DNA from: an uncultured delta proteobacterium
GTDB taxonomy: Bacteria > Desulfobacterota > Desulfuromonadia > Geobacterales > Pseudopelobacteraceae
Direction of reading: 5' to 3'
Assembly (NCBI GenBank): GCA_963772835.1
Contig: CAVYYZ010000003.1
Coordinates: 1 to 64,000, forward strand
Length of the DNA: 64,000 nucleotides
Part shown: piece by piece, positions 41,257 to 49,677 of the stretch
How the letters are laid out: each line of letters starts with the position of its first letter
Numbering within the stretch: the first letter of the stretch is position 1
Notes under the pieces: model-generated
Told to the model about the DNA's origin: nothing
Seen by the model: the letters and a program-made list of their open reading frames with translations, nothing else
Databases searched by the model: none
Translations under genes and position numbers: made by a program

Positions 41257-42422
41257 ACAAAGGGCTTTCTGTGTACCTCGATAATGCAGCCACTTCATAC
41301 CCAAAGCCTGAGAAGGTGTATGAAGCCGTTCTTCATGCAATGCGTGACGTAGGCGCTTCTCCCGGACGCGGTGGATATCGTCGGTCTCTGGAAGCCGGGC
41401 GGATTCTTTTTAATGCACGTGAGACGGTCGCAGGTTTTTTTTCGATTTCCGATTCGGCCCGGATCATTTTTACCCACAATGCTACCGGTGCTCTCAATCT
41501 GGCGCTGCAGGGCATTCTGGTCTCCGGCGACCATGTTGTTACCACCTCCATGGAACATAATTCTCTGCTGAGGCCGCTGTATGCGCTTCGAAATAGCGGT
41601 GTCGAGATGACGATCGTGCCGGCCGGGCCTGACGGAATGGTCTCTGTAGAGAGTATTCATCGCGCGATACGGGTGAATACCCGAATGATTGCGGTCAGCC
41701 ATGTTTCTAATGTCTGCGGTACTATCCAGCCGATACAGCAGTTAGCCGGTCTTTGCCGCGAAGCAGGTGCACTGTTTCTGGTTGATGCTGCTCAGTCGGC
41801 CGGGCATCTGCCAATTGACGTGGGGGCATGTGATATCGATCTGTTAGCAGTGCCGGGGCATAAAGGGCTTCTCGGGCCGTTTGGAACCGGGCTTTTGTAT
41901 GTGGCGGCTCACGTGCCGCTCAAACCGGTTATTCAGGGCGGAACAGGCAGCCATTCAACGGCTGAAGAGCAGCCGCAGATCATGCCTGACAGCTTCGAGG
42001 CCGGAACTCACAACCTCTCCGGCATTGCCGGATTGCATGCCGGCATAGAATTCATACGCGAGCAGGGGCTTTCAGCTCTGTTTCTGCATGAACAGCACCT
42101 GCTCACACAGGCTGAAAAATCACTGAGAGAGGTTTCGGGGGTAACAATCCATGGCCCGGAAGATCCATCCGACCGTTGCTCGGTACTCTCCTTTACCGCT
42201 TCCGGTGTTGATTCCTCTCTCCTGGCTGCAGAACTTGATCATGGTTTTAATATTGCCGTGCGGGCCGGTCTCCACTGTGCCCCCCTGGCTCATCGGACGC
42301 TGGGAACGGTGCCGGGCGGCACAGTGCGTTTGAGCCCCGGCTGGTTCACGACAAGCGAAGAGATTGCATTCTTTTCTGATGCCGTTGTACAATGCATCGA
42401 TAAAATTCGGAAATCAGCATGA
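41253..42422 (+). CDS. Cysteine desulfurase-family class V PLP enzyme
   Basis: YLDNAATSYPKP, MEHNS, VDAAQSAG, PGHKGL, VRAGLHCAP. Confidence 0.9.
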   Translation: MNKGLSVYLDNAATSYPKPEKVYEAVLHAMRDVGASPGRGGYRRSLEAGRILFNARETVAGFFSISDSARIIFTHNATGALNLALQGILVSGDHVVTTSMEHNSLLRPLYALRNSGVEMTIVPAGPDGMVSVESIHRAIRVNTRMIAVSHVSNVCGTIQPIQQLAGLCREAGALFLVDAAQSAGHLPIDVGACDIDLLAVPGHKGLLGPFGTGLLYVAAHVPLKPVIQGGTGSHSTAEEQPQIMPDSFEAGTHNLSGIAGLHAGIEFIREQGLSALFLHEQHLLTQAEKSLREVSGVTIHGPEDPSDRCSVLSFTASGVDSSLLAAELDHGFNIAVRAGLHCAPLAHRTLGTVPGGTVRLSPGWFTTSEEIAFFSDAVVQCIDKIRKSA

Positions 42423-42445
42423 AATTCATATTTAGGAGTTCTGAC

Positions 42446-42709
42446 ATGAAATGGTTGTCAGCGTTGTTTCTGATCCTCAGCATATGTGTGGCCTGTTCGC
42501 TCCCTCCCGAAAAGCCGTTTACGAAGGAGCAGCTCTACAAGACCGGTATTTATACCTATTTTACCGTTGAAGACTCTCCTGAAAGCGTTCTTTCAGCCAT
42601 CAACAAAGATGGTGAAGTCGTGCTTAATGCCAAATATCGTAACCGTGATGTCTGGATAAAACTGCTTGGCAAGCTTGAGGGCATAACCGTCCAGATTATT
42701 GAAAAGTAA
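42446..42709 (+). CDS. Small lipoprotein
   Basis: AGGAG RBS; MKWLSALFLILSICVAC lipobox-like signal. Confidence 0.75.
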   Translation: MKWLSALFLILSICVACSLPPEKPFTKEQLYKTGIYTYFTVEDSPESVLSAINKDGEVVLNAKYRNRDVWIKLLGKLEGITVQIIEK

Positions 42710-42760
42710 ATTTCCCGTACCGGCTCCCTGCCGTTATCTACTACCTCCAGAAAGGGACTC

Positions 42761-44077
42761 ATGAAGAACTTTATTCTCGATACGAACGTATTGCTCCACG
42801 ATCCTCAGTCACTGTTCAAATTTCAGGACAACAACATTATCATCCCGATTACCGTAATTGAAGAGGTTGATCGCTTCAAGAAGGACATGAATGAAACCGG
42901 CCGGAACGCCCGGATGGTGTCACGAATTCTTGATTCCATGCGTGAGAAGGGTTCGCTTGCATCCGGTGTTACCATGCCTGGTGGCGGAACGCTGCGGATC
43001 GAGATGTTTGCTGAAAAATACTTCAAAAATCTGCCGGTAGATCTGCGGGTGGACAACGGAGATAACCGGATAATTGCTGTGGCACAGGAAGTTCGTGACC
43101 GGTTTCCCGACTCCATAACCATTTTTGTGACCAAAGATTCCAATCTGCGGATCAAGTCCGATGTTATCGGACTGATGGCGGAAGATTATGAGAACGACAA
43201 AGTCGATGTCCAGGATCTTTATTCCGGGACCCGGTCAATAGAGGTGCCGCCTGACGCTGTTGACCGTTTTTATGGTCAGGGATGGCTTGAAGCTCCGTGT
43301 GCAATGGCGCCCAACGAGTTCATCACGATCGTAGACAGCACAAACCCGAATCATTCAGCCATTTGTCGCAACGATCCCGCAAATTCCCGTATTGTCCCCG
43401 TTCGCAAGGTGCCGAAAGAGGGCATCTGGAGCCTTTTCCCGCGCAACAGGGAACAGTCTTTTGCCCTTGATGTGCTGATGGATGACAACATCAAGCTGGT
43501 GACACTGGTAGGCAAGGCAGGAACCGGCAAGACGCTGCTTGCCATTGCTGCCGGTCTGCATAAAACCGCCGAGGAAAATATGTATAATCGTCTGCTGGTT
43601 TCGCGTCCGGTCTTTCCTATGGGTAAAGACCTTGGTTTCCTGCCGGGAGATATTGAAGAAAAACTGACCCCCTGGATGCAGCCGATATTTGATAATGTCG
43701 AATTGCTGATTTCCGGGCATGAGTCTGAAAAACGGCACAGCAAAGGGTACAAGGAGTTGATGGCTATGGGGCTCCTCGATATCGAACCGCTGACGTATAT
43801 CCGTGGCCGTTCAATCCCGAATCAGTACCTGATCGTCGACGAGGCGCAGAACCTGACACCCCACGAGATCAAGACAATTGTCACCAGAGTCGGTGAAGGG
43901 ACTAAGATTGTTCTGACCGGAGATCCCTACCAGATTGACAATCCGTATGTTGATTCCTCCAGCAACGGACTGACCTATCTTGTTGAAAAATTCAAGGGGC
44001 AGCGAATTGCCGCGCATGTGACGCTAACCAAAGGCGAGCGTTCTGAATTGGCCGAACTGGCTGCGAATCTACTGTAA
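42761..44077 (+). CDS. PIN-PhoH family ATPase
   Basis: PIN motif ILDTNVLLHDP; GKAGTGKT; YIRGRSI; VDEAQN. Confidence 0.92.
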   Translation: MKNFILDTNVLLHDPQSLFKFQDNNIIIPITVIEEVDRFKKDMNETGRNARMVSRILDSMREKGSLASGVTMPGGGTLRIEMFAEKYFKNLPVDLRVDNGDNRIIAVAQEVRDRFPDSITIFVTKDSNLRIKSDVIGLMAEDYENDKVDVQDLYSGTRSIEVPPDAVDRFYGQGWLEAPCAMAPNEFITIVDSTNPNHSAICRNDPANSRIVPVRKVPKEGIWSLFPRNREQSFALDVLMDDNIKLVTLVGKAGTGKTLLAIAAGLHKTAEENMYNRLLVSRPVFPMGKDLGFLPGDIEEKLTPWMQPIFDNVELLISGHESEKRHSKGYKELMAMGLLDIEPLTYIRGRSIPNQYLIVDEAQNLTPHEIKTIVTRVGEGTKIVLTGDPYQIDNPYVDSSSNGLTYLVEKFKGQRIAAHVTLTKGERSELAELAANLL

Positions 44078-44109
44078 AAACCGGACGATCCTCAAGGTTT
44101 TGTGAACAC

Positions 44110-45132
44110 ATGATATTACTTTCCATCGAAACATCCTGTGATGAAACGGCCGCAGCCGTTGTACGCGACGGCCGTGAAATTCTCTCCTCGGTTATTTCCT
44201 CCCAGGTTGCCATTCATGCGGAATACGGCGGTGTTGTCCCGGAAATCGCTTCACGAAAGCATCTGGAATCAATCGTTCCCGTTATCGGTCAGGCGCTTCA
44301 GGATGCGTCTGTCGGCATGGGAGAGCTTGAAGGGGTTGCTGTTACCCGTGGTCCAGGCTTGTCCGGGGCTCTGCTGGTCGGTTTTTCAGCGGCCAAGGCA
44401 ATTGCTGCAGCTCGAAAAATACCCTTCGTCGGTGTGCATCATATCGAAGGGCATCTGTTCGCACCATTTCTGGAAAAACCGGTTCCTTTTCCCTTCCTGG
44501 CTTTGGTTGTTTCCGGTGGTCACACCCATCTCTATCATGTCGAAGGTTTCGGTCACTATACGACACTTGGCAGAACTATCGATGATGCAGCGGGTGAGGC
44601 CTATGACAAATGCGCTAAAATTATGGGGATGCCATATCCGGGCGGGGCACTTATTGACCGGATGGCGCAAAACGGAAATCCTGTTGCAATCCGACTGCCG
44701 AGGCCGATGCTTCATGACGGCACACTTAACTTCAGCTTCAGCGGTCTGAAAACGGCGGTACTGCACCAGACCGTGAAAAATCCTGTTTCTCTACCGAGCC
44801 AGGCAGCAGATGATCTGTGTGCCTCTTTCCAGGAGGCTGTCTGCCATGTCCTTGCTGCAAAGACCGAGAGTGCAATTCTGCATACCGGCGCCGTCCGCCT
44901 GGTCGTCGCGGGAGGAGTCGCCTGTAACAGCGGTCTGCGGCAACGCATGACAGCTCTCTGCGGAAAACTGGGCGTCGAGCTCTCCATTCCGCATTTTTCA
45001 TTGTGCGGCGACAATGCTGCAATGCTTGCGGTTCCGGGTGACTATTATCTTTCCCATGGTCATATTTCAGGCAATTCGCTGGATGTCACCGCCACCTGGA
45101 ATATGGATAGTATAAAGGAATCAATGAAATGA
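44110..45132 (+). CDS. tsaD: tRNA threonylcarbamoyltransferase
   Basis: IETSCDET, GGVVPEIASRKH, HHIEGH, VSGGHT, DNAAM. Confidence 0.96.
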   Translation: MILLSIETSCDETAAAVVRDGREILSSVISSQVAIHAEYGGVVPEIASRKHLESIVPVIGQALQDASVGMGELEGVAVTRGPGLSGALLVGFSAAKAIAAARKIPFVGVHHIEGHLFAPFLEKPVPFPFLALVVSGGHTHLYHVEGFGHYTTLGRTIDDAAGEAYDKCAKIMGMPYPGGALIDRMAQNGNPVAIRLPRPMLHDGTLNFSFSGLKTAVLHQTVKNPVSLPSQAADDLCASFQEAVCHVLAAKTESAILHTGAVRLVVAGGVACNSGLRQRMTALCGKLGVELSIPHFSLCGDNAAMLAVPGDYYLSHGHISGNSLDVTATWNMDSIKESMK

Positions 45133-45959
45133 GCTCAACCAGGCGCCCTTTGAAATCACTCGGACAGAACTTTCTGGTTGATGAAAATATCATCGACAGA
45201 ATTATTCAGGCCGCTGACATCCGGCCAGACCAGCCCGTTCTTGAAATCGGCCCGGGGAGGGGTGCTTTGACCAGGCACCTGGTCGACCGTGCAGGACGGC
45301 TTGTGCTGATCGAATTTGATCACGCTCTGGCGGCTTTTCATCGCAATCAGCAAAAGGATAATCAGGATGTTACCGTTATTGACGGAGATGTGCTGAAGGT
45401 CGACCTTGACGGACTTCTCTCCGGAACTCCCCGGAAATGGAATGTGGTCGCCAATCTCCCGTACAACATATCGACCGAGGTATTGTTCCGCTTGTACGAC
45501 GTTCACGACAAACTGGCCCGCATGACCCTTATGCTGCAAAAGGAGGTCGGAGACCGATTGGCGGCACCCCCGGACTGCTCTGCGTATGGCGTCACCACCG
45601 TGCTTCTCGGATTGTGGTTTGACATCCGCCGCGTTTTTGTTGTGCACCCGGGCAGTTTCCATCCGAGTCCAAAAGTCGATTCTGCAGTTCTTAATTTCAT
45701 TCCCCTTTCTGAGCCGCGAGCTGATGTCGGTGATGAAGACGTTTTCAGGAGTGTTGTTAAAAGCGCCTTTTCAATGCGTCGCAAGACGCTTGTAAACTGC
45801 CTTAAATCCGCTGAATTCGCTAAACATGTCGATTGTAACGAACTGCTGGAGACGTCTGCTATCGACGGTCGCAGGAGGGGGGAAACACTTTCCCTTGAAG
45901 AGTTTGCCTCCCTGTCCCGCCACGTGACGGCAGCATTACGAGCCGCTTCCGCATCATGA
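45129..45959 (+). CDS. rsmA: 16S rRNA dimethyladenosine transferase
   Basis: KSLGQNFL, EIGPGRG, ANLPYNI, PSPKVDS. Confidence 0.96.
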   Translation: MSSTRRPLKSLGQNFLVDENIIDRIIQAADIRPDQPVLEIGPGRGALTRHLVDRAGRLVLIEFDHALAAFHRNQQKDNQDVTVIDGDVLKVDLDGLLSGTPRKWNVVANLPYNISTEVLFRLYDVHDKLARMTLMLQKEVGDRLAAPPDCSAYGVTTVLLGLWFDIRRVFVVHPGSFHPSPKVDSAVLNFIPLSEPRADVGDEDVFRSVVKSAFSMRRKTLVNCLKSAEFAKHVDCNELLETSAIDGRRRGETLSLEEFASLSRHVTAALRAASAS

Positions 45960-47335
45960 CGGAAGTATTGGGATATGGTGTCGTTCTGATCCTTCTGGCC
46001 TGTCTGGGGCTGCTTTTCATGCTGTTCGTGAAAGGAAGGGGAGGGTCAGATGAAAATGGTGACCTTCAGAAAAAAATTGACGGTATTGAAAAACTGCTGG
46101 AGCGGCATGAGCGGATTCTGCGGGAGGAACTTGCGCGGGGCCGCGAGGAGTCTCACGATGGTTCCCGCCGCATACGGGAAGAGATGACCGGCAGTATAAC
46201 TGTGCTGGGAGATTCGTTGTCGAAGCGGATGGGCGAAATTGCCGGTCTGCAGAAAAATCAACTGGAACTGTTCGCAGCCCGATTGAAGGAGCTGACTTCG
46301 AGTAATGAAGGACGTCTTGACAAATTACGTGAAGGAGTCGATTCCCGGCTTACGCTGATTCAGGAAGATAATGCCCGTAAGCTGGAACAGATCCGCGCAA
46401 CTGTCGATGAAAAGCTGCACGATACCCTTGAAAAGCGCCTGGGGGAATCATTCAAGCTGGTCAGTGAACGGCTCGAACTCGTGCAGCGTGGCCTGGGTGA
46501 AATGCAATCACTCGCTAACGGAGTCGGTGATCTGAAAAAAGTACTGACGAATGTCAAAACACGCGGGACGTTCGGAGAAATTCAGCTGGGAAGTCTGCTC
46601 GAGCAGATTCTGGCTCCCGGGCAGTACGATTCAAACGTTGAAACCAGAAAAGGAAGCGGCCAGCGTGTTGAATTCGCCCTGAAACTGCCGGGGCGCGATG
46701 GTACTGCGGATGGTATGGTCTGGCTGCCTCTGGATGCGAAGTTTCCGCAGGAGGATTACCTGCGGCTGGTGGAGGCCCAGGATGCTGCGGATGTATCAGC
46801 AGCCGTCGAATCAAGGAAACAGCTTGATCGTTCAGTGAGGGAGATGGCGAAAACAATCCGCGACAAATATCTTGACCCGCCCCATACAACCGATTTCGGG
46901 GTCATGTTTCTGCCGACTGAAGGGTTGTATGCCGAGGTCTTGCGCCTGCCGGGACTTTTTGAAGCTTTGCAGCGGGATTTCAAGGTCATGGTGGCCGGTC
47001 CGACCACACTGGCAGCGCTGCTGAACAGTCTGCAGATGGGGTTCAGGACGCTTGCAATCGAAAAACGTTCTGCCGAAGTATGGAATCTGCTCGGGGCGGT
47101 TCGTACGGAATTTTCAAAATTCGGAGTGATTCTGGAGAAAACCCGTAAAAAGCTTGTGGAGGCTGGTAATCATATCGATCTGGCTGCCACCAGGACCAGG
47201 GTCATTGAGCGTAAATTACGTGACGTGCAGGATGTGCCGAGTCAGAAAACAGAAGCTCTTCCGGATGATGTTTTCGAGTGTGAAGAGTGTGCAGATGATT
47301 ATAATGAAATCAAAGATCAGGAGCCGGTGTCGTGA
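45956..47335 (+). CDS. rmuC: DNA recombination protein RmuC
   Basis: N-terminal TM and coiled coil; KTRGTFGE, LDAKFP, MFLPTEGLY, GPTTL. Confidence 0.92.
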   Translation: MTEVLGYGVVLILLACLGLLFMLFVKGRGGSDENGDLQKKIDGIEKLLERHERILREELARGREESHDGSRRIREEMTGSITVLGDSLSKRMGEIAGLQKNQLELFAARLKELTSSNEGRLDKLREGVDSRLTLIQEDNARKLEQIRATVDEKLHDTLEKRLGESFKLVSERLELVQRGLGEMQSLANGVGDLKKVLTNVKTRGTFGEIQLGSLLEQILAPGQYDSNVETRKGSGQRVEFALKLPGRDGTADGMVWLPLDAKFPQEDYLRLVEAQDAADVSAAVESRKQLDRSVREMAKTIRDKYLDPPHTTDFGVMFLPTEGLYAEVLRLPGLFEALQRDFKVMVAGPTTLAALLNSLQMGFRTLAIEKRSAEVWNLLGAVRTEFSKFGVILEKTRKKLVEAGNHIDLAATRTRVIERKLRDVQDVPSQKTEALPDDVFECEECADDYNEIKDQEPVS

Positions 47336-47943
47336 TAATTGAAATAAACCCGGATTATCCACACCCACACAAGATTTTACGGGTTGTGGACAGCCTCAAA
47401 AACGGCGGGGTAATCGCCTACCCGACCGATACAACCTATGGAATCGGTTGTTCAATTTTTTGTAAAAAAAGTATCGAGAGAATCTATCAGATGAAACAGC
47501 GTGATCGTCGCAAACCGTTCTCGGTCATCTGTTCCTCTCTGTCAGAAATATCCCGTTATGCTAAGGTCAGCAACTCTGCTTTCAAGATAATAAAACGTTA
47601 TCTGCCAGGGCCATACACATTCGTTTTTGAAGCGACCCGTGAAGTTCCCGATCTGCTTCTTACCCGCCAGAAAACTGTCGGGATCCGTATCCCGGATAAC
47701 AGGATATGCAGCGACCTTGTGACCGCACTGGGCAATCCGATTATAACAACCAGCGCCAATCTTTCCGGTGAAGAACCGGAAGGGGACCCTCACACCATTG
47801 CGGAAACATTTGGCAGTCAGCTCGATTTTGTCATTGACGGTGGTATTCTGACAACTGATGTCAGCTCAGTCGTGAGCCTTATCGGTGCAGTCCCGGAGGT
47901 CTTGCGGGCCGGTCTTGGGGATGTTTCGTGGTGTATCGCCTGA
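47332..47943 (+). CDS. Sua5/YciO/YrdC family protein (YciO-like)
   Basis: IAYPTDTTYGIGC, LPGPYTF, VGIRIPD, TTSAN. Confidence 0.9.
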   Translation: MIIEINPDYPHPHKILRVVDSLKNGGVIAYPTDTTYGIGCSIFCKKSIERIYQMKQRDRRKPFSVICSSLSEISRYAKVSNSAFKIIKRYLPGPYTFVFEATREVPDLLLTRQKTVGIRIPDNRICSDLVTALGNPIITTSANLSGEEPEGDPHTIAETFGSQLDFVIDGGILTTDVSSVVSLIGAVPEVLRAGLGDVSWCIA

Positions 47944-47955
47944 AAGGGGTGATCT

Positions 47956-48321
47956 GTGCGTAAACGTACCGTCAGAAATGGTATGCGCATGGTCATGGCG
48001 GCTTTGATGCTGATTATCATCGCCAGTTTTTATCATGCCCCGCTGTCCGATCTGTTCTTGTTATCATCAAGTGCAGAAAGCAGAATATACCGTCTTGGCA
48101 TGTTCTGGGCGGTGGCGATCGGAAGCTATGGTGTTGTCCTGGCAGCATTCGGCTTGGCGCTTTCACCGCTCAAAAACGATTTCCAGATCCGTCTCATGCC
48201 TGTTTTTCTGATGGTAACAGCCATGATAGTTCTCTTTTTTTATCTGCTTACCTCTTCAATTGAGGCTCAGCCCGGTAATGAGCAGAGGAGAGTGCGCCCG
48301 GGAGAAACGATTACGATTTAA
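47956..48321 (+). CDS. Small membrane protein (3 TM)
   Basis: Three hydrophobic stretches; operonic position. Confidence 0.65.
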   Translation: MRKRTVRNGMRMVMAALMLIIIASFYHAPLSDLFLLSSSAESRIYRLGMFWAVAIGSYGVVLAAFGLALSPLKNDFQIRLMPVFLMVTAMIVLFFYLLTSSIEAQPGNEQRRVRPGETITI

Positions 48322-48357
48322 AAACGTCAGTTACACGCAAAAGATGCGAGGCGCACC

Positions 48358-49650
48358 ATGAAAAATCAGAATATTCCTGATCGGCTGCAGACAGAGTTCC
48401 CGGACGACTGGCACGGCCTTAAAGGGCGTTTTTTTTCGATTCTCCGGGTCATCCATTCAGTCACTTCCAATTTTACTACTCATCAGGGGCCCATGCGTGC
48501 CGCTGCTCTTACCTACACTACGGTTCTTTCGCTTGTCCCGTTTCTCGCGATTGCATTTTCAGTTCTTAAAGGTCTTGGAGCGCAAAATGCGCTAGAGCCG
48601 TTGCTGCAGCAGCTGGCCGGCGATTCCGAGGATACAATTTCGCGCCTTGTCGCCTATGTAAACAATACCAACATGAAGTCAGTGGGGGCGATCGGTCTGG
48701 TGATGCTGGTTGTCACAGTCGTCTCCCTGATGGGAAGCATCGAGGAGGCTTTCAATGCTGTCTGGGGAGTGCGGGAAACCCGGTCGCTTCAAAGACGCTT
48801 CAGTGATTACCTGAGTGTTGTTGTCGTAGGGCCGATCCTGCTGATCGCTGCAACCAGTATGACATCTTCTCTACAGAGTCAATGGGTGCTGCAGTGGTTA
48901 ATTCATAACACCTATCTCGGCGATGCAATATTGATGCTGTTTCGTTTTTTACCGTACCTCAGTGTATGGATCGCCATGGTTTTTCTGTACATTTTTATTC
49001 CGAATACCAGAATTCGTTTTGCTTCCGCCGTTACGGGCGGGGTTATTGCCGGTACTGCGTGGCAATTGGCTCAGTGGGGCTATTTTCACTTTCAAGTCGG
49101 TGTCGCCAACTACAATGCAATATACGGGACTCTGGCCGCGCTTCCTGTTTTTCTGATCTGGATCTATACAAGCTGGCTCATTGTGCTGTACGGTCTCGAA
49201 ATAGTATTTGCCCATCAACATCATGGTCATGGCCTGTCCGGAGCCGGTATGTTCAATTTGACTGTCACCGCTCGCGAAGAACTGGCTCTGGCGTTGCTGG
49301 TGCAGGTGAGCCTCCATTTTCAGAGTGGGGGCTCACCCCCGTCTGCACAGTTTCTGGCCGATGAGCTGAATGTACCGCTTCTGCAGCTCGACTCTGTTTT
49401 CGATGAGATGTCGAAGCTGGGGTACCTTGTTGAGACTTCGGGCAGCCGGCCCGGGTGGCTGCCCGCACATGACCCCTCTGTGGTTCAGGTACATGAGGTT
49501 ATCAAGGCGTTGCGCGGTGTTTCAGTGAGGCAGCTTACAACACCGGTACTTCAGCTGGCAGAAGATGTCATACGCCAGGGTTGGGAAGGCGGTAGAGACG
49601 GTCTTGAAGGTGTGACTGTACGCGACCTGCTGAAAAAGGCGGTAACGTAA
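48358..49650 (+). CDS. YihY/BrkB family membrane protein with a C-terminal winged-helix-like extension
   Basis: AAALTYTTVLSLVP, IEEAFNAVW, YNAIYGTLAALP. Confidence 0.88.
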   Translation: MKNQNIPDRLQTEFPDDWHGLKGRFFSILRVIHSVTSNFTTHQGPMRAAALTYTTVLSLVPFLAIAFSVLKGLGAQNALEPLLQQLAGDSEDTISRLVAYVNNTNMKSVGAIGLVMLVVTVVSLMGSIEEAFNAVWGVRETRSLQRRFSDYLSVVVVGPILLIAATSMTSSLQSQWVLQWLIHNTYLGDAILMLFRFLPYLSVWIAMVFLYIFIPNTRIRFASAVTGGVIAGTAWQLAQWGYFHFQVGVANYNAIYGTLAALPVFLIWIYTSWLIVLYGLEIVFAHQHHGHGLSGAGMFNLTVTAREELALALLVQVSLHFQSGGSPPSAQFLADELNVPLLQLDSVFDEMSKLGYLVETSGSRPGWLPAHDPSVVQVHEVIKALRGVSVRQLTTPVLQLAEDVIRQGWEGGRDGLEGVTVRDLLKKAVT

Positions 49651-49677
49651 GATTTTTTATGCGACAACGGGGAAAAA

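Noticed and set aside
42761..44077. PIN-PhoH as a TA toxin or phage gene
   Set aside because: Housekeeping context next to tsaD and rsmA; no antitoxin-like or phage neighbours
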